The notes: generated by a model not told the origin, from the sequence alone. DNA of 64,000 bases from a virus (IMGVR_UViG_3300033075_001751:32001-96000), one strand, 5' to 3'; shown: positions 10,401-20,970, counted from the stretch's first letter. Made by a program: numbers and translations.

Positions 10401-13400
10401 CTTCCTCGACTCGCATCTGTTTGGAGCCAGTAGGAAAATCCTCATCATCAGCAAATGGAGAAATGACAGTTACAATATCTCCTACTTGGGGAACATCTGT
10501 TTGTACAGAAGGTGTCGGCGGTGTTGGTGTAACAGGAGGAGCAGGTGGAAGTGGAACCGGTGTATTTTGAACTACTGGTACAGCAGTACCAAGTTCGGTC
10601 AATACAATTGCAGCCAAACCTGCAAGCAAAGGTTCGTCATTGACTACTCCGGCTCTTACCAAAATTTTCCTGAGTTCTCCTCCCTGTCCGTTTTTACCGA
10701 TAAGAACTTCTCGTTGCTTTTCAGGAGTAGCAGACTTGAACGTAGGTGTATTTTGCACAAGTGTAAACAGTGCAACAATATCTTTTATGACCTGTTCCCG
10801 TTTTGCTCTTGCTTGAGGATCTCTGGCAGCAAGTTCAGGTGAATTGAGTAATCTTACCAAAAGGACTTGCTCGAACGTAGGTCCGGAAGAACTTACTCGT
10901 TGTTGCGATACAGGTTGTGCGGCAGGTGCAGGAGTTACCGGTGGGGCGACTGGTGGTTGCAGTTGATTCAGCAGTGTTGTTGCTGTGGTGCTTTTCTTCA
11001 ACCATTCTTCGAAAGTAGGATAGTCTTTTTCAACTTCCGGATCAGCTACAATCGCTGCCATATAAGCATCACGTAATGCTTTTTCCGTAGCTGCAGTCAT
11101 CTGAACAGGTGGAGCAACAGGAGCAGCTACAGGAGCCTGGACAGGGGCAGCAACCCTACCTTCAGCCTGCATCCATTTGTCAATGATTTCAGCTGCTTTC
11201 TTGTGTTTAGGTGAATTCTTTGCAATAGGTTGATGTCCTACAGCGTCATAAAACGTTTCCGGAATTACATTCTTTTCCAGCATTTTAAGCATGGACTCAG
11301 GTTCGAAGTAAATTCCTTCAGCTGTAAGTAGCGAAATTAGTTCGTTGGTTGACTTCTTTTTCAACCATTTCTTCAAAGACTTTTCAATGTGCTTTGCACG
11401 GTTCTTGTGTATTTCACCAAGTGTTGCAGCATGTATTTGAGCAAGTCTGGTAAACGATTCCGGGTTGTGAAACTGATTGACTACGGTCGATAGTACTTGA
11501 GCATCTTCGGACAAGCGCAAAAAGTCTACGTATTGTTCAAAAGACTTTGCAACATTCTCATCCAAATTGAATGTACCCCATTTGGTAATTCGTTTCAGAT
11601 AAGCGTTGTACGATTTCTTCAGTGCTTTGTGGGCAAGCTTTGCAGCATTCTCATCAATCTTTTCTTCTTTGGTACCTTTCTCTCTTGCTTTTTCATTGCG
11701 AGCTTGTGCTGCAGCAAGCTCTTTCATTACTTTTTTGTAGTTGTCGCGCGCGGTGTGGAATTCGTTTAAAGCAACAAGTTTCTTTTTGAGTTTAGCTGCT
11801 TCTTTACGAGCTGCAGCATCACCTTGAGAAAGGACCGCAACTTGCTTGATAAGATTTTTCATTTCATCGCTGGCATTCTCTTCGTCAAAAATGAGAGAAT
11901 AGTCCAACGCATTCACATCGGTAAGACCGGCATTTCCCAATGCAGTATTGGAAATAGAATCCATACGCTCAAGAGCCTGGTCAAATGCACGCCGATTAAA
12001 CACAACTTGAAGTTGAGCTCCTCGCCAGCCATGAAAACCCATTACTTCTTGTTCGTATTCCGGTGTACCAGGTTTGTAAAGTTTCGGATCAAAAGGGTTG
12101 ACAAAGTTTTCATTGACTGCTTTGAATCGCGCAGTCATCTCTTTTACATCTGCAATACTTTTGTCGATACGCTGATAAAGATCGGTAGGATCATCAGCTT
12201 GCAATCCGAATGCTTCTTTGAGTTCTTCAGCTGTCAGGTCTTTGAGGGAAGCAAGTTGCTTGATAAGCAGATCGGTCTTACCGCTATGGAAAAGAGTATG
12301 GACGTGTTTAAGGAGAGCTTCATCTACTGTATCACGACCTACTTTTTGATCTCCTTCAACTTCGTTCATCAAAGTATGGACATCCAGTTGCTCGACCATT
12401 CCGTTAGAAATCGCATCAAAGTATTTTGCGGGATCTTTGTACAGATCGTTCATCGCGTTGAGAAGCTCTGTCTCGGCTTTCTCTTTTTGTTCGCGCATAG
12501 CCTTGAACTGTTCAGGCTTGGTGAACTTCATGTACTGACGGGTACTTTGATTTGCAATCCATTTTGGACCTTGCATCATTGTACCCATCAAAAAACCGGA
12601 AGCGAATACTTCAGCTCCTTCTGCGGAAAACTGCGAAGCTACTCCCTTGGAAACACTGTCCCACATGAGAGCACTGTTGAGCTTGGTACCCTCCCGGTCC
12701 GGATGTTCCATTTGGTTAAGGTAGTAGTTTTTGACCCCGACCTGAAGAGCTTCTTGAATTGATTCTTGGAAACCTTCTGCAAAGTTTGCTGCACTATACC
12801 GGAGGGAACCTTTTGCAATTGCTTTCGGAAGGTTTTGCCAGTAGGCTTTTGTGCCAAGGGCTTTCATTCCTTTTGCTGCAAACTCAAAAGGATCTTTACC
12901 CAGTTCTTTCCATCCTTTGTTTCGAATGATGTTTCTGGAAAAACCGGAAGATTCCAGCTCTTGCATTACTGCCCGAGGACCGATACCTCTTACTGCACGC
13001 TCAAGTACAATTTTGTTTGTGAGAAAGATTGCCGGCATGTTCAAGAATGCGGTTGCGCGTCCAGCTTGCTTTGCCTGACTTGCAATCATCTCGGCTTCTT
13101 TACCTTCAGGAAGTCTTCCGTTCTTTTCGTAAAAGTTACGAGAAAGTTCATCGTAAGTATCTGTCTCGGTAAATCCCCCTTCCAATTGGGATTCGGTTAA
13201 TACCGATCGCATCGCACGCAAGTCCCGGTAGAAAGCTCCTACTCCGTTTTTCATTTTTGCAAACTCGCTGATCGAATTTGCAGCACGCGCAGCGTCGGTC
13301 ATACCTGCAAGTTTGTCACCTTGCATCAGAAGTTTGGTTGTGTTTTCCATAGGATTCAAGACATTCAATGCTCCCTTACCTATTGTTTTTGCACTGTTCC

Positions 13401-14097
13401 AAAACGTTCTTGCGTCTTGTGCGGTATTGATTGCACGAAAAATATCCCGAGTATTGGAAAGAGTACGCCCCAATCTACCAAGCTGCATAGCATGTCGTGC
13501 TTCCATTGGACCGTGCAAAGGTGTACTGGCACCACCAGTCAATGCATCAAGTCCGACCAAAGCAGCTTCTTCCAACAGCATTTCACCAAGGATACCGAAT
13601 GTATAAGCACTGTTGCCGGCAAGGTTCGTAACAAATCCTCCTACACCACCACGAGACGAGTTTGCAATGGACATTGATTTTTCCATTGCCGCGGAAGCTT
13701 CTGTATTTCCGTCAGCAGTAAGATTGAAAAAACCGGTAGCATTGTCCCATGCTGCACGCCCAACCATCCCCGGAATCTCTTTTGCTGCACGCCAAAAGTC
13801 ATCTGTCCAGGATGAGTTTTCGTTGTATTTTGTTTCGTTGTCGATGTATGGATCGAAACCCAACTTTGAGAAAGAAGGATGCGAGTAGTATCGCTCAAAG
13901 TTTTGACCGCGATGATTCGTACCAAATGCATGCTCTTTTGCAAAGTGCATTTGATCTTGGGATCCTGCAGACTTGAGTTTTTGCTCAAAGTTGAAACCTG
14001 GTGCAGTAGCAGGTACCGGCGACATCAAAGGCTCGCCGGTAGTGACTGCTTGTTTGCTTTGGTAAAGACTTTCGATGGGTGACTTAACCTCTTCCAT
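7477..14097 (-). CDS. Giant virion cargo/ejected protein (RNAP-associated), 2206 aa, with internal PD-(D/E)xK nuclease-like domain
   Basis: Lies directly upstream of the vRNAP gene, as in crAss-like phages. Hydrophobic Gly/Ala-rich N-terminal helices with EGFQESIQ, Pro-rich linkers, and AGTVDIM...IYDMKS...QLSLYRILL. Confidence 0.8.
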   Translation of the reverse strand: MEEVKSPIESLYQSKQAVTTGEPLMSPVPATAPGFNFEQKLKSAGSQDQMHFAKEHAFGTNHRGQNFERYYSHPSFSKLGFDPYIDNETKYNENSSWTDDFWRAAKEIPGMVGRAAWDNATGFFNLTADGNTEASAAMEKSMSIANSSRGGVGGFVTNLAGNSAYTFGILGEMLLEEAALVGLDALTGGASTPLHGPMEARHAMQLGRLGRTLSNTRDIFRAINTAQDARTFWNSAKTIGKGALNVLNPMENTTKLLMQGDKLAGMTDAARAANSISEFAKMKNGVGAFYRDLRAMRSVLTESQLEGGFTETDTYDELSRNFYEKNGRLPEGKEAEMIASQAKQAGRATAFLNMPAIFLTNKIVLERAVRGIGPRAVMQELESSGFSRNIIRNKGWKELGKDPFEFAAKGMKALGTKAYWQNLPKAIAKGSLRYSAANFAEGFQESIQEALQVGVKNYYLNQMEHPDREGTKLNSALMWDSVSKGVASQFSAEGAEVFASGFLMGTMMQGPKWIANQSTRQYMKFTKPEQFKAMREQKEKAETELLNAMNDLYKDPAKYFDAISNGMVEQLDVHTLMNEVEGDQKVGRDTVDEALLKHVHTLFHSGKTDLLIKQLASLKDLTAEELKEAFGLQADDPTDLYQRIDKSIADVKEMTARFKAVNENFVNPFDPKLYKPGTPEYEQEVMGFHGWRGAQLQVVFNRRAFDQALERMDSISNTALGNAGLTDVNALDYSLIFDEENASDEMKNLIKQVAVLSQGDAAARKEAAKLKKKLVALNEFHTARDNYKKVMKELAAAQARNEKAREKGTKEEKIDENAAKLAHKALKKSYNAYLKRITKWGTFNLDENVAKSFEQYVDFLRLSEDAQVLSTVVNQFHNPESFTRLAQIHAATLGEIHKNRAKHIEKSLKKWLKKKSTNELISLLTAEGIYFEPESMLKMLEKNVIPETFYDAVGHQPIAKNSPKHKKAAEIIDKWMQAEGRVAAPVQAPVAAPVAPPVQMTAATEKALRDAYMAAIVADPEVEKDYPTFEEWLKKSTTATTLLNQLQPPVAPPVTPAPAAQPVSQQRVSSSGPTFEQVLLVRLLNSPELAARDPQARAKREQVIKDIVALFTLVQNTPTFKSATPEKQREVLIGKNGQGGELRKILVRAGVVNDEPLLAGLAAIVLTELGTAVPVVQNTPVPLPPAPPVTPTPPTPSVQTDVPQVGDIVTVISPFADDEDFPTGSKQMRVEEVKPVRDKAGNLTGGYVRAIPVDPNDKMGSLSPISLLDETDYHIGQPPVVQEEKPATVVSEKDAKIEAIQERRYKELNEKVPYYIVKGSFEGDNYTVYTAEFIRRDGTTVAYAQGNKDLIKELREDERLSHVTKEQFDNALKYEALEKEINDKYDAEIAALDSKPTPTPVPAVPVNRSVQQVINEVKENASFITLLSSTFTFEQLGEDELLAAALDDYLQYLITNKILEHTDEHFKKWATSKYVNQRTGQLYDRVTSVGSDGKGIGEEWGPSASTIGNSIDEITRDFFDGKPMVWSNYRHRIPVTAENQKNLKEGTEIVNGRGDKFIVNAFIKGKGNTPNRISAKGPSGTILMDLSLGEYFVVSPKIQSKDDQGNDTSEATFNSFIKDLQELKKFFESRNEQVMSSGIVLYNDQLKLAGTVDIMTVDNMGVVRIYDMKSMRKNQLEAQAVGTSDASYYDYRFDGKRSNREKHTDQLSLYRILLANTHGLVAQELAIIPIKVSYEPGDMSTQEAYILKNKDDGRLELIGLTAKDDVEGRVINPKVLEAAEPQIEEQPLPVEPVAEIPTSDPFMDGLAEQAREIEEAKARAPLGEKLYRRFENYGLDPKETSVKIQAEILSGELSPDDADALITWWKEAAKTQGPFAPRLNFTPAMEAFIRKAISDVRSNQPVEKKTAPVQPQTQIEEPFEGAFSGEEQEAPRDIYILIQDHARITQELAELDDLTLLDPVHAQIVSDGGITVSKKSLEGHVGKSKVTSQMNRYFKNADEDNDTLSSVAASLLNEGIGNSEREIEDAIADFILSYPAGVGSVNSKSDTTFYGDLNSRKISLRDQLKEIEKTVKQTTGVSLEAILNAEANRRSTLSPLGENSIAEQVANAGSLDELAEVKQEAMEAFSTGDAEATGGVSSIEISEMIEQKEKELTPVSEEVVTPQDQSLANKGYQAQVAADNIDELIKEADELSEDELLQKMKDEKTC

Positions 14098-17000
14098 TTG
14101 CTGTTTCTTTTTTGCTCATTCTCAACTGTCTGACCCTTGTCGCATTTTCCATGAGACTGGATTCGATCCCTTGTACCAAACCGGTTGTAGTAAAAGGCTT
14201 GGTAAATGTCGTAATTGGGATCTTGATAATTTGTCCATTGGGAGTTACGTCAAGACTATATCCTTCAACAACAAAACCGTTTGCTCCGCGATAAACGGAT
14301 ACCTTTCCTCCGTTAGGTTGATTAAGTACGATCGGATTCATTTGATTCGACATGTTCAACCGTGCATCTTCCGGGTCAGTTTGAATTTGACGTACAAGAG
14401 CAAGGTTTCCAGCGTCTCCTTTATTTGCGGTAAACGTAATACCGTTCATCAGTAGCTTTTCTTCTTTTTCAGTAAAAAGACCAGGTTTCGTTTTTGTTCC
14501 TTTGTTAGCAAGAATGAAAGCAGGGTCAGCGCGAAATGTGAATCCGACACTGTAGGGATCACCGCCGGTTATTCCAGACATTTCGAACTTACCTCTTGCT
14601 CGTCCGAGCTCATCATCTTTTGCAAGTCCCGGGTCTCTGAATACAGATCCTACTTTTTCCCAAAGCTGACGAGCTTCATCATCGTTTTCAAGCTCACCTT
14701 GACCGATTGTTTTAACTGAACCGAATTGATATTTTCCTTGGAGTCCTTGGCTGTTTGTCATCACTTCATGGATGGCAGTAAAGTCAGGATCAATGTAATT
14801 TGCCTGATCTACAGCATAGGTGCGAATACCTGCAGTTCCTCCGCCGGCTCCATTTCCCAACAACGGAGATCCGTTCCATTGTTTTGCTACTGCACCGGAA
14901 CCGTCTGGAGACTGGAAGTTTCCGTTGTATGTTTCGTAAAATTTGGAATTGATCTTGTCATATACGGAAGAAGCTGCTTTCATTTCGTTCTGTACTCGAA
15001 AATTGTGCAGATCGACCAATCCCGGCATAGAGAAATTTCCTGCTTCCTCTGGTTGACTTACAAGTCTATCGCGATATCTTTTCCATTGATACTTCCAGCT
15101 TTCTGCTGTTTGATCATGAGCAATGCGAGTTGAGGGATCCATTGAATTCAGTCTTGCAAGCATGTTGTCTGCAAGAGCAATTGCTTTGGATGTATATCCC
15201 GGTGCGTAAACGTTATTGTTTTGCTTTTGAAAACTTGCAAGTTGATCGTTGATTGTTTTTGTGTATTGTTCAAATTGATTGCGTTCAGGATTGATGTTTT
15301 TTGCAACAAACTCTTGACGGTCAATAATCTTTCCGTCTTGAACAAACATTGAAACTTTGTCAGCACCGACACCCTCCACTTTTCCTTGAATGTACTGCGC
15401 TACACTTTGGTTTTGACGCTTGCTGAAATCGTCAAAGCTTTTCCAATCGTTGTGAGCACGCTTTACCTGTTGGCTCTGTTGTTGATACTCCATCAGTTTA
15501 GCTTCAGGAACTTCCAGAATCTTACCTGAAGCTTTTACAGATGCATCAGCTTCAGCATAGGCTTTGCTACTGTTGCGCAAAGATTCCTGGGCTCTTTGGT
15601 AAATGGCTCCGGTCGATCCTTCATCGGAATCATAAAAGAAATTCTGCACTCCTTTTTCAAAGTGAAGTTTTTTCAATGCCACGACTACGTTTGCCTCTCC
15701 TCCAAGTTGAGCACTCATCTTGTTGAAGTATGCTTCGCCGACAATCTTTTTGATTTCACCCATTGCAACTTTGCGCTGCTCCGGAGTACTGCCATTTTCA
15801 AATGTCGAAACCAAAGTTGACATCCAATCGTTGGTCAAGGTGTTGGCTGCAGCTATGGCAGAAGCTTTTGAGGTTTCTACTTTCTTGTAGTTCTCTTCAT
15901 AGACCTTGTATTTCTCGGTATCGGTTGAATTACCTACACCTCCTGTTTCTATCGACATGGAAGGATGGTTTGATCCGCCGTTTCCTGTAGTCGTTGTCGA
16001 AGCTCCCCCGAATCCGGTAGGTTGCCCGGTACCAGGATAACCGGGTGCGGTTGTTGTACCTGATCCTTTACCTGATCCTGAAGACATCATCAGACGCATT
16101 GTTTTCATCTGATCGAATGCATCAGGAGAATGTGCATCAATTCCATACTTTGCGTATTCAAGAAACAAGTCTGTTTCAGCACGGGCTTTTATTTCCGACA
16201 TTTGGTTTGCGTGATTGACCGCAGCAAGAGCAAAAGGATCTGCTTCTGCTTCCTGTTCCATTGTCAGTTGAGAGTACGCTCTTGCTGCATGGGAAAGATC
16301 ATTCAACATAAGATAGTTTGCAGATGCACCGTCTACACGCATGCGTTTTGCGTCAAGATCAAGTTGACCCATTCCGCTTACGTTTACATGCTGGAGAATC
16401 GTTTCTGCATTTGCTTTGGTTGCAGATACAGCTTTTTCATCCATGTGAAGTTGAGCTGCAAGGTCAGCAATGTCTTTGTCCAACTCTGGATCGTAGGTAT
16501 AAGACTGCATTGCTTTTTCGGCAAGAGTTTTCTTTGCTGCGATCGATTCGAGTTTTGGTTGGGTTTGGGCAACAACTTCTTTTGCATCCATTTCCATTGC
16601 AGCAAGACTCATGTCAAGGTATGCTGCTTCTGCAAGTTCGGCTGAAGGATACTGATCCAGTGTAGAAGCTATCGCGTCTTTTCGAGTAAGGTATGCCTGG
16701 GTACGATACATCTCTTGGACCGCTGCATCATTTCCAAATACCGATAGAAATGTATCCCTCAGATCAGCTTCCATGGGCTGACCGTTTTTGGTAGTGATGA
16801 TGTAACCTCCTTCTTTGGAAGTAGTGGTCATTGACAACCCCATGTCTTTTGCCCACTTCATTGCTTTTTCTGCAACGTTGACGAAAGGAGTGTAGCGTGG
16901 TGCTTGCATGGTCAAAGACTTTTCACGCGGAGCTGCGGCAAAATCATCCACCTGATAAGTCAATGCTCTAATACCACCTTCCCAAAACTTTGGCTCCCCT

Positions 17001-17392
17001 TCTTTTGGAACAGTGTTACGCAAGGATTCAGCTCTTCCCAATTCAGCTTGAACCTGTTTGGTGAATGCGATATCCTTCATGATGAACGGATCATCTGAAA
17101 GAGGTTTGAATATTTTTTGAGCAGATGTGATGTTTTGTTCCAACGACAAGTCATAGCCGGCAAGCTTCTTGATGTCTGATTCGATTTTGTCGAAGTACTT
17201 GGATCGGGCTTCTTTGTTATCTTCCCTGATCATAGGGGAGTTGTAAAGTGATCCATATAATCCGCTAATCTTCTGATAGCCAGCTTGATACTGCGCTTCC
17301 TTCATGGAAAGGATTTGCTGATACGAAGTGAGGTCCGGTTGGAACTCAGGTACCGTCGGAACAAACGGTTGGGGATTATTGTAACTTGCCAT
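14084..17392 (-). CDS. Large virion cargo protein (~1100 aa)
   Basis: Long helical ORF and first of the three giant genes of the vRNAP cluster. Likely start is MASYNNP at 17392. Confidence 0.7.
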   Translation of the reverse strand: MASYNNPQPFVPTVPEFQPDLTSYQQILSMKEAQYQAGYQKISGLYGSLYNSPMIREDNKEARSKYFDKIESDIKKLAGYDLSLEQNITSAQKIFKPLSDDPFIMKDIAFTKQVQAELGRAESLRNTVPKEGEPKFWEGGIRALTYQVDDFAAAPREKSLTMQAPRYTPFVNVAEKAMKWAKDMGLSMTTTSKEGGYIITTKNGQPMEADLRDTFLSVFGNDAAVQEMYRTQAYLTRKDAIASTLDQYPSAELAEAAYLDMSLAAMEMDAKEVVAQTQPKLESIAAKKTLAEKAMQSYTYDPELDKDIADLAAQLHMDEKAVSATKANAETILQHVNVSGMGQLDLDAKRMRVDGASANYLMLNDLSHAARAYSQLTMEQEAEADPFALAAVNHANQMSEIKARAETDLFLEYAKYGIDAHSPDAFDQMKTMRLMMSSGSGKGSGTTTAPGYPGTGQPTGFGGASTTTTGNGGSNHPSMSIETGGVGNSTDTEKYKVYEENYKKVETSKASAIAAANTLTNDWMSTLVSTFENGSTPEQRKVAMGEIKKIVGEAYFNKMSAQLGGEANVVVALKKLHFEKGVQNFFYDSDEGSTGAIYQRAQESLRNSSKAYAEADASVKASGKILEVPEAKLMEYQQQSQQVKRAHNDWKSFDDFSKRQNQSVAQYIQGKVEGVGADKVSMFVQDGKIIDRQEFVAKNINPERNQFEQYTKTINDQLASFQKQNNNVYAPGYTSKAIALADNMLARLNSMDPSTRIAHDQTAESWKYQWKRYRDRLVSQPEEAGNFSMPGLVDLHNFRVQNEMKAASSVYDKINSKFYETYNGNFQSPDGSGAVAKQWNGSPLLGNGAGGGTAGIRTYAVDQANYIDPDFTAIHEVMTNSQGLQGKYQFGSVKTIGQGELENDDEARQLWEKVGSVFRDPGLAKDDELGRARGKFEMSGITGGDPYSVGFTFRADPAFILANKGTKTKPGLFTEKEEKLLMNGITFTANKGDAGNLALVRQIQTDPEDARLNMSNQMNPIVLNQPNGGKVSVYRGANGFVVEGYSLDVTPNGQIIKIPITTFTKPFTTTGLVQGIESSLMENATRVRQLRMSKKETANGRG

Positions 17393-17571
17393 ACTCGAAA
17401 TTACACGATCTTTTTTATACAAATGAATTATGAAACTTTATGATTATCAAGATGTACATTCTTGAAATCTATATATGCTGTTTTCACTTTCTTCAAAAAC
17501 AGAAAAATAATTGCAAAAACAAACAGAAAAATATAAATTGCAGTTGAAAACAGTAAAAATAAAGCTAGAAA

Positions 17572-17937
17572 ATGGAAAGTAAAGGAAAGAAAAAGAAAGA
17601 AAAGGAAATCGTACATGACTCCCCAATCGGCGTAGAGAATGTAACTCCTGCTGGTAAAAAAGCAACCAGAGAGTATGAGTATGTGATTTCAAGAATATCG
17701 AGTCTTGGTAAGGAGATCAAGATTAGTCCCAAATCTCATTGTACTGTAAACAAGTCAGGTTTCAAAACAGAATTTTACGTGGAGACTGTAAACGTCTGTA
17801 TTGGAATTGGAACGGATCACAGTGCTGATCTCATCATGACAGTAGATGCATGGGAAGCATTGAATGCAGGTGAACCTTTGAGTATCACAACCGCAAAGGA
17901 ATTTAATGATAGATACGTTTACACAAAAAAAGCATGA
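17572..17937 (+). CDS. Hypothetical protein (121 aa)
   Basis: Clean ORF after an AT-rich intergenic region, with an ATGA overlap to the next gene. Confidence 0.7.
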   Translation: MESKGKKKKEKEIVHDSPIGVENVTPAGKKATREYEYVISRISSLGKEIKISPKSHCTVNKSGFKTEFYVETVNVCIGIGTDHSADLIMTVDAWEALNAGEPLSITTAKEFNDRYVYTKKA

Positions 17938-18401
17938 TCTCACCAATTACGATAGCGATAGATTTTGATGGTACGTGTGTTACACATGAGTTTCCCATTG
18001 TTGGAAAAGACATTGGTGCAGAACCAGTATTGAAAAAATTGGTTGCCGCTGGTCATCAATTGATTCTTTGGACAATGCGTGCAGATGAAGATAGTCTGGC
18101 TTCAAGAGACTCTGGAGATCGTAAGATGTATCTTACCGATGCAGTCGATTGGTTCAAAGCAAGAAATATTCCTTTGTGGGGAACACAAACCAATCCTGAG
18201 CAAAAGTCTTGGACTAGTAGCCCGAAAGCATACGCTCAACTTTATATTGACGACGCTGCACTGGGTACCCCATTGACAAAGAAAGCTTTGCGCAGTTCCA
18301 TTTCTACAAAGGATTCTTACTGGACAATTCCAGCAAGACCCTATGTAGATTGGGTAAAAGTTGAAGAGATGCTAGTTGAGATGGGTCTTATTTCCCACTG
18401 A
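17934..18401 (+). CDS. HAD-superfamily hydrolase (BT0820-like, capless)
   Basis: Motif I IAIDFDGT, motif II LILWTMR, and KAYAQLYIDD (motifs III/IV). Confidence 0.85.
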   Translation: MISPITIAIDFDGTCVTHEFPIVGKDIGAEPVLKKLVAAGHQLILWTMRADEDSLASRDSGDRKMYLTDAVDWFKARNIPLWGTQTNPEQKSWTSSPKAYAQLYIDDAALGTPLTKKALRSSISTKDSYWTIPARPYVDWVKVEEMLVEMGLISH

Positions 18402-20970
18402 TCAATTTCAACAACACATCATCGGGGATGTGACTGTATTGGGGATCCGTCCGATACCTGTCATAAAGTTCGATCGGATTAGATGGAGTAGGGGTCAAGC
18501 TTTCAAGGTTTGACCCCTTTTTGAAATACATGCTACCGGCACGAGTAGGATCAATTTGGAAGTGAGGATTGACCATGTTCAAGTTATGAGCATCAGCACG
18601 GTTTCCGTACATCCTTGAGATTCTGGACATCACTGCTCCACGAGCTGTACGCTTATCCTGATCGTATCGCTCATTGGAAAGCACTGTATCATCGTATGCT
18701 TTCATCATGCTGTCCGCATTGTAGAATGCAGCGTTGTTCAGGATATCAGCTTTCTGACCTTCGAACTGATTGAAGACACCTACGTTCAGGTTACTGTACT
18801 TTCCGAGCACCTGAGCATTTTGCTGTGCGAGCTGACCCTGTACCGCAGATGATCTTGCGCTCAATGATTGTGGACCAGCGTAAGCAGACAGACCCGAGAT
18901 AATCTCAGATCCGCCAGCAAGGTTGGCTGCAATCTCCGACTGAGGAGAATACGGTACCGGTTGTGGAAGATAAGGTTGGACCCGGTTGCGCCATGGTAAT
19001 CTTTTGCGGATACCGGAATAGTCCATGAGGTTCGCACCGAGTCCGACAACATCCTGAAGAAAGAAACCTTCATCGGTATCATCCACAACTGGTGCTTCCA
19101 ATTCAGGAGCTTTCAGTTCTTCTTGTACGGGTACTTCCGGCGCAGGTACAGCGGGTATGTCTGCAAGTTCAAACTCAGCATCTCCTGGTGTTACCATTTG
19201 ACCGATCGAAGTGTTGCCCATAACAGCATCGACCCGGGAAATAGGTTTGTTTCCCCGTCTACCGGCATCATCGTCTTTACCTCGTGCACGGATATTTAAC
19301 CGCGCTACTTTTGGATCTCCTTTTTCTTGAAGATCGACAAGACCATAGTATCCTGCTTGAAATGCTGCAATGTCCTCTTCAGGTAAAGCATCTAATCCAA
19401 GCATACCCATTGTCTCTTGATACTTTTTGTTACGACCGTAACCACGATCCCAAGTAGTCCCTTCTGTGGTACCGAGTTTGTCAAACACTTCAGGTGTACT
19501 CCGTACAGCATACACCTGTTCTTGAGCTTTCATGAAGAGATCTTTCACCTTTGCCGGCGAATCATATTTCTTGAGGATCTTGTCCCGTTGTGCGACAACT
19601 TGCGGTACAGTGGAAGCATTGATGTTCTTTTTCCATTCTTCGTACCAGGATGCTTGCAGCTCTGGATCCGAAAGAATCCTATTTACGTATCCGTATGAGT
19701 CTTGAAGATTCTGGGCAATCTTTTCACCGGCGTACCTTTCAGCATCGGTAAGAGCTTCTAATTTCTTGGGAGCAACCATCTTCACTACCTCACCGTTCTT
19801 CACAGTGATCTTTTCAGTAGGGTGAGCTTTGGCGTACTCTTTCCAGTAAGTGGTAAACTGCTCTTCGGTTTGATCGGGTTTGCGTTCAAGTGTTACTTGT
19901 CCTCCGTCCTGAGCATACATGTGTTCAATTTCACCTCCTTCTGCATAGATTTCACCACCCTTGCGATTGATGTTTGGTTGATATCCGTAAAGATACTCTT
20001 TGAAGTTACCGCTGTTCACATCGTAGTTACCCCGATCGCTACGCGTTTTTGTTGCATATTGATTGGTGGACGAAAGCATCCGGCGAAGTTGGGGGAGCTG
20101 GTTTCGTTGGTTTCCAGTTTCAATTGCGCCTGTAATCAAATCCATGCCGGCAAGAATTGCACCTGCCGTTTGCGGTCCACCATACGCCGTACCGTATTTT
20201 GAATCCACTGTGGTTTTGGTCATACCACCAGGATTGTAACAAGGAGAAGTAGGGTCCATCATCTGCTCTTGGGTACAGGGAGCTTTGATCGACTGATTCT
20301 CTTTTGGTATCCACTGTTGGGTTTGATTGATGCCGCCGACAAATTCATTGTCTCCTGTCAAAGGAGTATTGTCCATTTCTCCACCTGGCTCAAACCAGAA
20401 TTGTCCGCCCATTCCATATTCTCCTTGCTCATCTCCATTCTGATCCATGGGCGAACCTTCATTCATTTCACCTACATACTCTTGAGCAACTTTGGGGATT
20501 CCTTGTGGAAACCCTTTCGTTGCTTCTTGGACCAATGCGAGCTTTGCAAGTTTTTCCTCGTAGTTTCCGATCATTCTTGCTGCGGTTTCTTTTTGCAACT
20601 TATCTGCAATCGGATTTGCAAATACTTCACGGAACTTGTTAATGTCGTAACGTTTTGCAATGTGCGCCGGCGTGCGAGGTTTTGTACCGGTTATGCCGAA
20701 TTCCTCAAGGAGTTTCTTATCCTTGATACGCATATCTTTTGTATCGGAAAAAATGAAAGCCTCTTCTGGAAGATTCAGCGGAGTGCCTCCTTCTGTGTGA
20801 CGTTTACCACCAACAGTATAGTGTGCAGGGTTACCGAGTTTGTCTTCGAGCAAAACAGACTCTCCTTTTTCCGCTTCCATGTTGGCGCGGGATTTCGGCA
20901 CCGGTTTCAGGAGCTTTCTTGCTTTTGGAGCCTTTTCACTTCCGTGAAGATATTGTTTTGACTTTAACAT
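18388..20970 (-). CDS. Virion cargo/internal protein (860 aa)
   Basis: N-terminal ANMEAEKGE...GGKRHTEGGTPLNLP..FIFSD block, as I recall from crAss-like cargo proteins; repeated xxxGG motifs; lies between the muzzle and RNAP cluster. Confidence 0.7.
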   Translation of the reverse strand: MLKSKQYLHGSEKAPKARKLLKPVPKSRANMEAEKGESVLLEDKLGNPAHYTVGGKRHTEGGTPLNLPEEAFIFSDTKDMRIKDKKLLEEFGITGTKPRTPAHIAKRYDINKFREVFANPIADKLQKETAARMIGNYEEKLAKLALVQEATKGFPQGIPKVAQEYVGEMNEGSPMDQNGDEQGEYGMGGQFWFEPGGEMDNTPLTGDNEFVGGINQTQQWIPKENQSIKAPCTQEQMMDPTSPCYNPGGMTKTTVDSKYGTAYGGPQTAGAILAGMDLITGAIETGNQRNQLPQLRRMLSSTNQYATKTRSDRGNYDVNSGNFKEYLYGYQPNINRKGGEIYAEGGEIEHMYAQDGGQVTLERKPDQTEEQFTTYWKEYAKAHPTEKITVKNGEVVKMVAPKKLEALTDAERYAGEKIAQNLQDSYGYVNRILSDPELQASWYEEWKKNINASTVPQVVAQRDKILKKYDSPAKVKDLFMKAQEQVYAVRSTPEVFDKLGTTEGTTWDRGYGRNKKYQETMGMLGLDALPEEDIAAFQAGYYGLVDLQEKGDPKVARLNIRARGKDDDAGRRGNKPISRVDAVMGNTSIGQMVTPGDAEFELADIPAVPAPEVPVQEELKAPELEAPVVDDTDEGFFLQDVVGLGANLMDYSGIRKRLPWRNRVQPYLPQPVPYSPQSEIAANLAGGSEIISGLSAYAGPQSLSARSSAVQGQLAQQNAQVLGKYSNLNVGVFNQFEGQKADILNNAAFYNADSMMKAYDDTVLSNERYDQDKRTARGAVMSRISRMYGNRADAHNLNMVNPHFQIDPTRAGSMYFKKGSNLESLTPTPSNPIELYDRYRTDPQYSHIPDDVLLKLISGK

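Noticed and set aside
17428-17692. Hydrophobic minus-strand ORFs of 62 and 81 aa
   Set aside because: Phe/Leu-rich translations of an A-rich promoter-like tract that overlap the plus-strand gene.
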